Translations under genes and position numbers: made by a program | Assembly (NCBI RefSeq): GCF_036321535.1 | Contig: NC_087437.1 | Location: 48,300,001-48,364,000 of the forward strand | Length of the DNA stretch: 64,000 nucleotides | Direction of reading: 5' to 3' | From: Camelus dromedarius | Lineage: Eukaryota | Shown: positions 24,485 through 37,347 of the stretch, piece after piece | Layout of the letters: every line of letters begins with the position of its first letter | Position numbering within the stretch: the stretch's first letter is position 1 | The notes under the pieces: model-generated | Told to the model about the DNA's origin: nothing | The model's database searches: none | The model's input: only the letters and a program-made list of their open reading frames with translations

Positions 24485-27104
24485 AAAGATAGCAATATGG
24501 GAGGCTCCTGAAATCCTCTCCTCCCATAGACACACGAAATGTGCAGCTACATGTGAGGCAATTCCCTCGGAAAGAAGTCCAGAAACTGAGTGACTCCTAT
24601 GCAGTGGGCAAATGAAAAAATATGCACATCAATACAGGCCACTTTGAGTCACCAGCATCTTTCTGGAAGGATCTTGTACACACATTTGCACCCTAGCTTT
24701 CGGGACTGCCACCGAAAGGACAGGTCCCTAGATCGTCTGTTCTGATAGCCAATGGGGCTTCAGAAGTACCACGGGACTTTCAGAGCTCAGCACAGAGGGA
24801 GCAGGCAAAAATGCTCATTTCCCCGTCTTTCCCTGAAAGGGGCCTACCTGCATACTTTAAAAGCTTCTGCCTGAGGTTCAGGTTTCTAATTTAGCACATA
24901 TCTAGGGCTGACAGCAATCTTCCCCAGACACTAGGGAAGCTGGTAGATACCTCCCCCAACCTGTCTCCCCAGCCTGCTCCAAGTCACCAGTATCTCTCTG
25001 GAAGGAGCTTATACACATGTATGGCATGCCAATTTTTGTGGGTGTCACCTAAGAGATGGGCCCTTAGACTGCATGGCTCTGACAGCCATTGAGGCTTGCA
25101 TTTAGGAGTCCTACAGAACTGTAGCAAAAAAAAGTTCTTACTGGGCTTAGGAACTACCCACCCTCCACCTGTATCACCATGGATATACACTTGGGCTTAG
25201 TGCAGAGGGAGCAGGCAAAAATACCCACCTCCCAGTTTTTACATGAAAGGGGCTTAGCTACATACTCTCCCAGATGCTGCCTGAGGGTCTGGCTTCCAGC
25301 ATCCAGGTGCTAAGTGCAGTTCTCCCCTCTGGGTCACTGATGGGTCTTGGCATACCTTCAACAACTAAGAGCCACTAAGAAGAAACCAGGTTGAATAATC
25401 ACAAAACATTTACTGAATACACACTAGCAGAATACACATTCTTCTCAAGTGCCCATGGAACATTCTCTAGGATAGATCATGTGAGACCACAAAACAAATC
25501 TTAATAAATTTAAGAAGACTGAAATCATACCAAGTATCTTTTTCTGACCAGAATGATATAAAACTAGAAATCAATTACAAGAAGAACACTAGAAAATAGA
25601 CTTTAAAAAAAGACAAGTGAAACTAGGAGCTAGTTTTTTGAAAAGGTAAACAAACCATTAGCTAGACTCACTAAAAAAAAGGGAGAGGACTCAAGCAGAT
25701 AAAATTATAAATGAAAGAGAGACAGTCCAACTGATACTACATAAATACAAAGGATCATAAGAGACTATTATAATAATTATACCACCAATACATTGGACAA
25801 CTTAGAAGAAATAGATAAATTCCTAGTAACATATAACCTACTATGACTGAAACATAAAAAATGAAAAATATGTATGGACTAATTACTAGGAAGGAGACTG
25901 AATCAGTAATCTAAAACCTCTTAACAAACAAAAAGCTGGGACCAGACAGCTTCTCTGGTGAATTCAACCGAAAATTTAAAGAATTAATAACATCCTTCTC
26001 AAACTCTTCTAAAACAGAAAAGAGGAGAGAACACTTTCAAACTCATTTTACAAGGCCAGTATTAACCTGATACTGTAACCAGGAAAAGACATGAAAGAAA
26101 AGAAAATTACAGGCCAATATCCCTGAAGAATATAGATGCAAAAATCCTCAAAAAATACTAGTAAACTGAATTCCACAGTACATCAAAAGGATCATACACC
26201 ATAATCAAGTGGGATCTATTTCCAGGGATGCAAGGATAGTTCAACAACCACAAATTCAGTCAGTGTGATATATCACGTTAAAAAAATGAAGGCTAAAAAT
26301 TATATGATCATCTCAATAGATTCAGGAAAAGCACTGAAAACATTCAACATCCTTTCATGATAAAATCTCTCAACAACTGTGTGTAAAGAAAACATATCTC
26401 AACATAATACAACTAACATCATACTCAGTGGTGAAAAGCTGATAACTTTTCTTCCAAGATCAGGAACAAACAAGAGTGCCCATTCTCACCACTCCTACTC
26501 AACATACTACTGGAAGCACTATTCAGAGCAATTAAGAAAGAAAAAGAAATAAAAGACATCCAAGAAAAAGAAATAAAAGACATCCAAAGTGGAAAGGAAA
26601 AAGTAAAATGGTCTCTATTTGCAGATGACTTAATATTATATGTAGAAAACACTAAATGCTCCACCAAATCCTGTTAGAACTAATAAACAAATTCAGTAAA
26701 ATTGCAGGATACAAAATGAATGTACAAAAATATATTTCTATATACTAACAATGAACTATCAGAAACAGAAATTTAAGAGACAATCCCATTTACAATAACA
26801 TCAAAAAGAATAAAATACTTAGGAATAGATTTAACCAAGAAGATGAAAAATCTCTACACTGAAAACTGTAAGACATTGACGAAAGAAATTAAAGAAGACA
26901 CAAATAATTGAAAAGGTTTTGTTTTCATGGATTAGAAGAATTAATGTTGTTAAATATTGACAGAGTCAATGCAATCCCTGTCAAAATTCAAATAGCTTTT
27001 TTTTTTCTTTTCACAGGAATAGAAAAAAAAAAACCCTAAAATGTATATGGAACCACAAAAGACTCTGAATAGCCAAAGCAATCTTGTGAAAGAACAAAGC
27101 TGGA
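24485..27104 (+). mobile_element. LINE-1 host element, 5' part: 5'UTR with tandem units, ORF1 absent, decayed ORF2 (end of EN through RT)
   Basis: L1-type 5' start 'aagatagcaatatgggaggctcctgaa'; from ~25415 ORF2 motifs 'gcagaatacacattcttctcaagtgcccatggaacattc', 'aattacaggccaatatccctg', 'ctatttgcagatgac' (FADD). Confidence 0.9.
26538..26585 (+). repeat. Perfect 24-bp tandem duplication inside L1 ORF2
   Basis: 'aagaaaaagaaataaaagacatcc' x2; visible as WMSFISFS x2 in ORF 26425-26667. Confidence 0.9.
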
Positions 27105-28149
27105 TAATATGAAAATTCAATTTTTAATTTTTGAGAAATCTCCATGCTGTTTTCCATAATGGCTGTAGCAATTTACATTCTAATCTAAAGTGTTTAGTTA
27201 TTCCTTTTTCTCCACATTCTCACCAACATTTTTATTCTTTTCTTTTTTGATAATAGCCAACCTGAGAGATGTAAGGTGATATCTCACTGTGGTTTTGATT
27301 TGCATTTCCCTGATGGTTAGTGATGTTGAGCACCTTTTCATATATGTATTTCATATTTCAGGTACATCTATATGTCTTTTTTGGAAAAATGTCTATTCAG
27401 GTCCTTCGGTTTTTCAGTAACTAAATTATTTACTTATTTATTTTTACTTTTAGGTTATACGAGTTCTTTATATGTTTTGGATATTAACCCCTTATCAGAT
27501 ATATGGTCTGCAAATATCTTTTCCCATTCTTTAGGTTGCCTTTTAAATTCCTGATTGTTTCATTTGCTGTGCAGAAGCTCTTTAGTTTGGTGTACTCCAC
27601 TTGTTTATTTTTGTTTTTGTTGCCTGTACTTTTGGGGTCTTATCTAAGAAGTCATTGCTTAGACCAATGTGAGAGCTTTTTCTGTATGTTTTCTTCTATG
27701 AATTTTAGTTTCAGATCTTACATTTAAGTTTTTTATCTATTTTGAGTTAGTTTTTTGAATTGGGTAAGATAGGGGTCCAATTTCTTTCTTTTGCATATGG
27801 ATATCCAGTTTTCCAACACTATTCATTGAAGAGACATTCCTTTCTCCATTGTGTATTTTTGGCACTCTTTTCAAAAATTAGTTGATGGGTTTACGTGGAT
27901 TTATGCCAGGTCTCTCTATTCTATTCCACTTGTTAGTGTACCTGTTTTTGTGCTTATACTATACTGTTTTGATTACTATTGCTTTGTAACATAGCCTGAA
28001 ATCAGGAAGTGTGATCTCTTGAGTTTTGTTCTTCTAAGAATTGTTTTTGCTGTGAAGGGCCTTTTGTGCTTCCATGTGAATTTTATGATAGTTTTTTTCA
28101 ATGTCCATGAAAAATGTCATTGAAATTTTGATAGCTGTATGTTGAATCT
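27105..28149 (-). mobile_element. Inverted 5' segment of nested LINE-1 (ORF2 3' region)
   Basis: Antisense L1 ORF2: 'gtggttttgatttgcatttccctgatg', 'atattaaccccttatcagatatatgg', 'gaaatcaggaagtgtg'. Confidence 0.9.
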
Positions 28150-28526
28150 TTTAAAAAAAAGCAACTTTCATAGAGACAGAGAATAGAATGCTAGTTTCCA
28201 TGGGTTGGGGGAAGGGGAAAATGAGATGACATAGGCCAAAGAGTACAAATTTTCAGTTATAAGAGGAATAAGTTCTGAGGATCTAATGTACAGCATGATG
28301 ACTATAGTTAATAATACAGTATTCTACACTTGAAAGTTACTTAGAGTAGATCTTAAGCATTCTTACCACAAAAAAGAGTTAACTATGTGAGGTGATGGCT
28401 GTGTCAATTATCTTGATCTTGGTAATCATTCTGCAATGTATATGTATATCAAATCACCATGTTGTACACTTTAAATATATACAATTATATCTTTCAATTA
28501 TTCCTCAATAAAGTTAAAAAAGAAAG
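28150..28526 (+). mobile_element. Forward 3'UTR segment of nested LINE-1 (L1MA-like)
   Basis: 'catagagacagagaatagaatg...aagttctgaggatctaatgtacagcatg...cctcaataaagttaaaaa'. Confidence 0.9.
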
Positions 28527-29545
28527 AAGAGCAAAGCCGTAGGCAAATTATATACCTGATAAGGGTTTAATATTCAAAGTATTTAAAGAACTCATATAAT
28601 TCAGTAGGAAAAAACCCAGTCAATTAAAAATGAGCAGAGGAACTAAACAGACAGTTTCCCAAAAAAGACATAAAAATAGCCAACAGGTACATGAAATATC
28701 AGGGAAATGCATATCAAAATCACAGTGAGCTGACCTCACACCTGTTAGAATGGCTATTATCAAAAGAAAAGTCATAACTAGTGTTGGCAGAGATGTGCAA
28801 AAAAGGTAACCCTTGTGCACTGTTGGTAGGAATGTAAATTAGTGCAGCCACTATAGAAAACAGTATGAAGAGTCCTCAAAAATTAAAAATAGAATTATCA
28901 TGTTATCTAGCAATACCACTTCTGGGGATATATCTGAAGGAAATGAAAACAGAATATTAAGGACATACCTGCACTTCCATGTTCATTGCAGCATTATTCA
29001 CAATAGCAAAGATATGGAAACAACTTAAGTGTCCATCAACAAATGAATGGATAAAGAAGATGGGATTGTTGTGTGTGTGTGTGTGTGTATTCATACACAC
29101 AAAGACACACACACACAAAGATTGGAACGTTTTTCAGCTATGAGAAAGAAGGAAATTCTGCCATTCATAACAACATGGATGAACCTTAAGGGCATTATGC
29201 TAGGTGAAATAAGTCAGAGAAGGACAAATACTGCATGTATCACTTTTATGTGCAATCTGAAAGAACCCAATTCATAGAAACAGAAGATAGAATGGTGGCT
29301 ATCAGGGGGTAGGAGAAATAGGGAGATATTGGTCAAAGAGTGCAAACTTTCAGTTAGAAGATGAATAAGTTCTGGGAATCGAATGTACAACATGGTGATT
29401 ATAGTTAACAATACTGTATAATGTTCTTAAAAGTTTCTAAGAGAATAGATCTTAAATATTCTCATCACACACAGAAAAAAGCTAATTGTGATGTGATGGA
29501 GTTGTTAGCTAACATGACGGTGGTAATCATTTTGTAATGTGCATT
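28527..29545 (+). mobile_element. LINE-1 host element, 3' part (ORF2 end + L1MA-like 3'UTR, with TG/CA microsatellite)
   Basis: Resumes at 'aagagcaaagccgtaggc'; ORF 29047-29277 (ILPFITTWMNLKGIMLGEISQ). Confidence 0.9.
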
Positions 29546-29609
29546 GAAGAAACTAATTCCTAGTGGAATTTCAGAACTGGCAGCTCCTCCTTATGACTGA
29601 TACGTATAA

Positions 29610-29770
29610 TCACCTGATAAAGTAGGCAGGACAGTTATCATCATTTCTGTTCTACAGATATTGCTAGTGAAACACAGGGAAGGTCCAAGTGGAAAATCCA
29701 GTCACTTGTAGGTAATGACTTAGATTTGAATTTAAGCCTTTTGATTTCCAGCCCAGTTTTCTTCTATCTA
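29610..29770 (-). mobile_element. MIR fragment
   Basis: 'aagtaggcaggacagttatcatcatttctgttctacagat...gatttgaatttaagcc'. Confidence 0.55.
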
Positions 29771-30169
29771 TTGTGTCTCCTTTCCTCCTCCCTGCATATA
29801 GAAGCAGGAAACTGGCCTCAAGATGAATGTGCTGGAAGGTGAAGGGTATGATGTTTCTGCCCATGTGCTCACATATATCTATACACTTGAATCAAGGAAG
29901 TAAGTAAATACTATCTAAAAGGCCCCCTGCACTCTTTGCCTAGCCTACCTTTGGTACTTTTCCTGAAGGGCTTCTAAGTACAGGCAGTGTCTACACTCCT
30001 ACTGATGCACATGCTTTCCCCCCAATACACCAGGCATTTGCACTGTCTATTGCCTTTGTTCCCTTTGTTAGCTTCTTCTGAAGTATATTTCTCCATTGTA
30101 TTCCTGGCCCTATAAACAAAACAAAAACTTGGTTCCCACAAAACAAAACACCCTACAAAACAAAAGCCC

Positions 30170-30430
30170 TGGGCCCAGATCAAAGATCACTTCATTGCTG
30201 TAGCTTCTCCTTACCCTTCCCAAAGAGAAAAGATTGCTTCCTCATCTGTGTCCTCTTTGTATCTGTACTTACATTACTCACATTTGGAATAGCTTTATTA
30301 TGCATGTTTGTATCACTTTCCTGCCTGTGAACTCTTCAAGATGGGGAGCATATGCATGCCACTTTTGTAACCAGTGTCTAGCGTGTTGTACAGTAGTACA
30401 TTGTACTTGCTCCACAAATGCAGGCTGACA
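30170..30430 (+). mobile_element. L2 3' fragment
   Basis: 'ctgtgaactcttcaagatggga...ttttgtaaccagtgtctagc...tgctccacaaatg'. Confidence 0.6.
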
Positions 30431-31502
30431 TAAATTCAATTGAAGTTGTTCTTCTGAGAGAACATAAATAGCGAAAAAATGTAAATTGCCTATACGTAGA
30501 ATAGTTAGAGACACCAACAAAAGTGTTTAGCATAAGACCGGTTACTTGGTGTTGGGATGTCGCTGCTGTATCTTTGTTTGTAAATCATATAATAATATGT
30601 AGATAAATTCATACATCCAATAAAACACAAATAATCTAATTTTTATAGCAAGACAGAGATCATAAATATTGCTGCCTGGGATTTTCTTAGTATTCTGGGC
30701 TTTGCTAAAAAAAAAAAAAAAAAAGCTATATTAAGAGTGCTAAATTGAAATTGCCAGACTATCCAGTTATCGGGGGAACTCGGTAAAATGCAGAGTTATG
30801 CAAATGAACACAGGAAATTGATCAAACTTAAATAGTGAACAAAACAGAATAAACCCACAGTCACTGCCCAAAATGCCACCAAGGTCCTTGCTTTGCTCCC
30901 CTAAGGAATTTTTTGTCCCTGCAAGATACCCTGGGACCAACTAAGTGATAATTCATTTCAAAATGAGATGGCCTATTTTTGGAGTACTGCTCTGAATTTT
31001 TCCTTTTGCCTATAATAATCTATTGTCCTGGATACCAAAAATAGTATGGGGCAGGGGTTATTTAAAGCTTTCAGCAGAAGGCAGTTATGCAGCCTGATGA
31101 ACTTCTTAGAACAAAAGAAGTAAGTTTCAGTTAAAGGGAACTTTGAAACTGCCTACAGCAGTGGAGTCATGCATGGTGGTACCATCAATATTTTTGTTTT
31201 CCTTTCCTTTATATCCTCAGAGCTGGAGGAAGCTCCAAAGTCCAGACAGGGTAGAGATTTGACTTGATACAAACTAATTGGTAGGCATTAGTTAGGAAAA
31301 CCCACACAAAAACAAACAAATAAAACATAAGAAATCATTTTAGAATAGTGATGTGTATTTAAGTTGGATGATGCTGGGGCAACAGGAAGGACCAGTGCTT
31401 TTTGCTTAAATATTTTTAAACAGGAGTCCCAATCCTTTTGGGCCACGTGACTTCCTTACCAAGGGGCTTAAGAAACTATAATGCTCTTTAACTATTTGAA
31501 GG

Positions 31503-32018
31503 GTATTTTTGTTTTCTAATACTACTATAAAAGAATACCTAAACCTTAGTGGTATTAACCCTTTAAAACCTTAAACCTTTAAAATAGCACAAATTTATAC
31601 TATTAGAATTCTGGAGGCCAGAAGTCTGAGATCTGATTCATTGGGCTAAAGTCAAAATGCTGTCAGAGTAGGGTCCTTTTAGAAGCTCTGGAGAGAGAAT
31701 CCATTACTTTGCGTTTCCCAGTTTTTGTTGCCACCTTCATCCCTTAGATGATGGTCACTTCCCTCATCTTCAGAGCACATCACTCCAATTTTGTTCATTA
31801 TCACATTGCCTTCCCTGTACGCAAGTCTCCTTCTGACTCTTAGAAGAACATTTGTGATTACATTTAGGTCCACTTGAAGAATCCAGGGTAGTCTCCCCAT
31901 CTCAAGATTCTTAATCAGATCTGCAAAGTCACATTTGCCATGTAAGGTACCACTCACAATGTCTGAGGATTCGGAGGTGGACACCTTTGGGAGGGGGAAC
32001 ATTATTCAGTCTACCACA
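31503..32018 (-). mobile_element. MaLR solo LTR (MLT1C/D-like)
   Basis: 'ttctggaggccagaagtctgag', 'ctgcaaagtcacatttgccatgtaaggt', end 'cattattcagtctaccaca'. Confidence 0.9.
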
Positions 32019-32819
32019 AGGGCTATTGAGTAGAAGAGGAATTAACTTTGTTTTGTTTGACTATGAATATAACCAGCCATGGCAAGACAAATTTTTGAAA
32101 TTTGAAAGGAAGTATTTTGGATTATAAGCACTTTCCAAAAGCGGAGAGGATTCACTCAGGTGTATGACAAGATTTTAAACTGGAATTATAACTAGACACC
32201 ACAATATAACACTTAGGACATTCCAAAGAGACATGCTAGACAGAAATAAAGATTTTCCAAGAAAATGACTCCACAAGGAGACTATCAGGGGGTCAAAAGA
32301 TTGGAGATGGGGAAGGATTTCTGAAGAGATTTCTTTAGAGGGAGATTCCCTCTTCTTTCTTCCTCACAGGGAATGTGGCAAGGGTGGTTTCTTCTCTGTG
32401 TCCAGCCTCAAGTGAGTGAGAGCTTTGGACTAGGGTGTGGCCAGCAAGAGGCTTTGGCCATCAGTCTCAGTGGGTAGTGCAAAAAGAAACAGATGCTCTG
32501 TGTTGGGAGAAATTGCCCTTTTTCAGTGCTGAGTCAAAGGTGCATGAGGCCCAGAGAACATATGTGGAACCTTTAGTAAAGTCCCGCTTAAGAAGATTTC
32601 TACTGGAAGATGAAGGAAGTCCAGTAGAGGGTCTGGATAGGGAGGACTGCTGGAAAATCAGAAGCTGAGGAGGGAGGTAGAGCAATAAGCCAAAGGGTAG
32701 GACTTCTGGTATCCTGGGAATCACCTCAGAGGGGCCCAGCAGGAGAGCCTCCAAAGAAAGCGCCAACTCCATATACTCAGGAACTATCAGTTTCCATCAT
32801 TAACCAGACCATGGACTGT

Positions 32820-33015
32820 GGAGCCAGCTTAAGGCAGCACTCTTGACTCCAAGTTTTGTGTGTTCTTGAATTTGAAGAAATTGAGAGGCCCTCTTTAAGA
32901 AAACAAATAAAGCATCACAAATACAGAATTATGTAAAAGGCCATGGAGGAGGCCTTTGCAAATAAAGAGCTCTAAAAAGAGCTCTTGATTCCAGTGGCTT
33001 TATGCCAAGTTCATG
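32820..33015 (+). mobile_element. hAT MITE (MER53-like)
   Basis: 'ggccctctttaagaaaacaaat...aaatacagaatta...ggccatggaggaggcc' resembles MER53. Confidence 0.6.
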
Positions 33016-33649
33016 AAGTAAGAATTTTCTGCTGCCTTGCCCACTTCTCTCTTCCAACTGCAGAAGGCTCCGAGAACAAAATTAGCTAGGTGGGTCAGGA
33101 AGAAAGGGGGCAGATCACTCCATAGAGGGTAGGAAGAGATCTGTGCCTTTGTATGAAGACTGAAGTGCTGACCAACATATTGAATTGAATATTTAATTAC
33201 AGAACTGAGAAAGTACTCTTGTGATTAAAAAAAAAAAAAAAAAAAAACAACCTGTAGCATTATGCATTAGCCATGAGTGACCAGAAACCATGAGTTCTGC
33301 CAGAGTTTCTCTTCAGAGGCTGAAGAAAGCTTCTTCCACCAAGTACACATTAAAGTGACAACGGGAAGGAAAAAGTTGTATTTTGATTACATTGCATAAG
33401 TTGTGCTTATTCTGTATACAGATTACAAGTGCTGGTGAGTTCAATACCACTAGTATGTACAGTTGGTGATAGCTTGTCAGTGATGCTGTAGAATAGCTTC
33501 AGTCATCTCAGGTGCAGTTATACTAAGCAATCTTTGTCACTCTGGTTCTGATGATTCTGGTTCTATGCTTCTCAATCACTGATAACAGAGCCTTTCCTAA
33601 GACAGATTTTGAGAGGGAGAATGAGAAGTAAGTGAAAGGGCAGGGACGT

Positions 33650-36162
33650 GGGGTTAGGTTGATTATGTATATTTATATACGTATACACGATTATGCCTTA
33701 AGTGAAATGAATGACTTCAATGACAAGGGGCAGAGAGGAGGAATTAGGATTATATTATTATAATATAATGAAATGGCACAGAGTTATTTGAAAGTGGACT
33801 TGGATTAGTTGCATATTGCAAACTCTAGGGCAACTACTAAAAATAGAAATATAACATATTAAGAAAGCAGAGAAAGTGGAATCATAAAATTCTGAATTAA
33901 AACTACAAATGGCAGAAAAAGAGAGGAAGGTAAAAACAAGAACAAAGAATATGGGTAAAAAATAGAAAATTGTAACAAATATAGTGGATATCAATCTGTA
34001 TCAGTAATCACTTTGAACATCAATGGTCTAAATACACCAAGTAAACAACACAGATTGCCAAAGTAGATGCAGAAAACAACACTCAGGTATATATTGGTTA
34101 CAAGAAACTTGCTTTAAATATAAAGATACATATAAATTAAAAGTAAATGGATGGAGAAAGATATACCATGCTAACACTAATTAAAAGAAAGCAGAAATAG
34201 CTATATTAATTTCAGACAGAGCATACTTCAGACCAAGGAGAGTTATCAGTGATAAAGAGGGGCAATACTTAATGATAAAGGGGTCAATTCTTCAGGAAGA
34301 CAACAATCCTTAAAGTTATATGCCTAACAGAGGAGCATCAAAATACATGAGGCAAAAACTGATAGAACTGCAAAAATTAACAGATGAATCACCATTATAG
34401 CTGGGAACTTTAAAACCCCTCTATCTATGGACAGATCTGGCAGGCCAAATGTCAGTACTATCATAGTTTAACTCAACAACATGGTCAATCAACTGGCTAT
34501 CATTGACATCTATAGACTATTTATTTAATAGCAGCAGAATACACATTCTTCTCAAGCTCCCATGGAACATTCACCAAAATAGACCACATTCTGCACCATA
34601 TAACACAATACAACAAATTTAAAAGATTGGGAATCATATAATATCTGTTCTTAGACCTTGATGGAATTAAACTAAAAATCAGTATCAGAAAGATAGTTGG
34701 AAAGCCCCCAAAGAACTGAAGGCTAGACAAATAAATTTCTAAATAAAACATAGGCAAAAAGAAATCTCAAGAGAAAATTTTAAAATATTTTGAACTAAAT
34801 GAAAATGAAAACACAACCTATCAAAATTTGCGGAATGCACTGAAAGCAGTGCTAGAGGAAAAATAATAACATTAAATGAATATATTAGAAAAGAAGAAAG
34901 ATCTAAAATTAAAAATGTGTAAACCTTAGGAAACTAGAGAAAGAAGAAGAAATTAAATCCAAAATGAGCAGAAGAAAACAATAATAAAATTAGAGCAGAA
35001 ATCAATGAAATTGAAAATAGAAAGTCCATAGAGAAAAAATCAATGAGACCTAAGCTGGTTCTTTGGAAAGATCAATAAAATTGACAAGTCTCTAGACAGG
35101 TTGAATAAGAAAAAATGAGAAAGGATACACATTGCTAATATCAGAAATGAAAGTCAGGATATCACTACAGATCCCATGAACATTAAAACAATAATCAAGG
35201 ACGTCTATGAACAACTCTGGACCCATAAATTTGATAACTTAGATGAAAGGGATCAATTCCTTGAAAGACATAATCTACCAAAACTCACACAAGAAGAAAT
35301 AGATGATATAAATAGTCCAGTATCTATTAAAGAAATTAAATCAATAATTAATAACCTTCTAAAACAGAAAGCACTAGATGATTCAATGATAAATTCTACC
35401 AGAACACTTAAGGAAGAAAATATACAAATTCTCTATAATGTCTTTCAGAAGACAGAAACAGAAGTAATACTTCCTATTTCATTCTGTAAGGCCAGCATTA
35501 TCCTAATACCAAAACTAGATAAAAAGTTTAGAAGAAAAGAAAACTAAAGACCAATAGCTCTCATGAATATAAACATAAAAATTCTCAGCAAAATATTAGC
35601 AAATCAAATCCAACAATGCATAGAAAGAATTATACACCACAACCAAGTAGAATTTATTCCAGGTATCAAGGCTGGTTCAACATTCTAAAATCATTTTTTG
35701 TAATATATCACATCAGCAGGCTAAAAATAAAAATCGCATGATCAAATCAATAGATATGGACAAAGCATCTGACAAAATCCACCAGTCATTCATGATAAAT
35801 GCTCTCAGTAAACTAGGAGTAGAGGAGAACTTCTTAACTTGATAAAGCATATCTACAAAAAATCTATAGCTAACATCAGATTCAATGGTGAGAAACCTGA
35901 AGCCTTTCCACCAGGATGAGGAATAAAGTAATGATGTCCCATCTCACCACTTCTTTTTAACATTGTACCGAATGTCCTAGTTAATGCAACAAGACAAGAA
36001 AAGGAAATAAAGGGTATTCCAATTGGGAAGGAAAAAATAAAACTGTCTTTGTTCGTAGATGACATGATTGTTTATACAGAAAATTTGACAGAACTAACAA
36101 AAAAACTCCTGGAAATAATAAATGATTATAGCAAGGTTTTAAGGCACAGGATTAATATACAA
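33650..36162 (+). mobile_element. Old LINE-1 (L1MC-like), 5' part: inter-ORF region and decayed ORF2 EN/RT
   Basis: EN start 'atcactttgaacatcaatggtctaaat'; ORF 35176-35547 (YEQLWTHKFDNLDERDQFLERHNLPKLTQEEI); 'gtagatgacatgatt' (DD motif). Confidence 0.92.
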
Positions 36163-37347
36163 CAGCCACATGTAAATCAATGAAGTTGGAACACTCCCTC
36201 ACACCATACACAAAAATAAACTCAAAATGGCTTAAAGAATTAAACATTTTTAAGACAAAATACTATAAATCGCCTAGAAGAAAACTTAGGCAAAACATTT
36301 TCTGACATAAAGCAATGTTCTCCTAGGGCAGTCTACTCAGGCAACAGAAAGCAATTTTCCAATGAAAACATACAAATAGCCAATAGACACATGAAAAACT
36401 GCTCAGTATCGCTAACTATCAGAGAAATGCAAATCAAAACTACAATGAAATATCACTTTACACCAGTCAGAATGGACATCATTAAAAAGTCCACAGACAA
36501 TAAATGCTGGAAAGGGTGTGGAGAAAATGGAACCTTCCTATACTGTTGGTGGGAATGTAGTTTGGTCAAGCCATTATGGAAAACAGTATGAGATTCCTCA
36601 AAAAACTAAAAATAGACTAACCATATGATCCAGCAATCCCACTCCTGGACATCTATCTGGAGGAAGCTTTAATTCGAAAGGATACATGCACTCCAATGTT
36701 CATAACAGCACTTACACAATAGCCAAGACATGGAAACAATCTAAATGTCCATCAACAGATGGCTGGATAAAGAAGTTGTGGTATATGCGTGTATGTATAT
36801 GTGTGTGTGTATATATATATATGCGTGTGTATATATATATGCATGTGTATGTATATACACACACACACACACACACACAATGGAATACTAATCATCCATA
36901 AAAAAGAATAAAATAATGCCATTTGCTGCAACATGGATGGACTTGAAGACTGTCATTCTAAGTGAAGTAAACCAGAAAGAGAAAGAAAAATACCATATAT
37001 CACTTCTATGTAGAATCTTAAAAAAATACACAAATGAACTTTTGTACAAAACAGAAACAGTCTCACAGACATAGAGAACAAATTTATGGTTACCGGGGGG
37101 AAAGAGGGTGGGAAGAGATAAACTGGGAGTTTGAGATTTGCAGATACTAACTACTATATATAAAATAGATAAGCAACAAATATATCACAGGGAGCCATAT
37201 TTAGTATCTTGTAGTAACCTATAATTAAAAAGAATGTGAAAGGAATATATGTGTGTATAATTCATGAAAGAAAGACATTACGTTGTACACCAGAAATTGA
37301 CACAACATTGTAAACTGACTATACTTCAATAAATAAATGGAAAAAAT
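36163..37347 (+). mobile_element. Younger nested 5'-truncated LINE-1 with internal TG/TA/CA microsatellite
   Basis: ORF 36391-36591 ([18 protein letters not shown]...[15 protein letters not shown]); 3'UTR 'gagtttgagatttgcagatactaactac'; flanks aatatacaa/attatacaa. Confidence 0.9.

Noticed and set aside
30798..30805. Octamer motif ATGCAAAT
   Set aside because: A single 8-mer in AT-rich DNA, also present elsewhere including inside L1s; no supporting context.
32200..33427. Possible ancient LTR surrounding the MER53-like element
   Set aside because: LTR-like composition and an 'attaca' end, but I could not define the 5' boundary or family.
35176..35547. 123-aa ATG ORF as a gene
   Set aside because: Fragment of decayed L1 ORF2, with stops and frameshifts on both sides.
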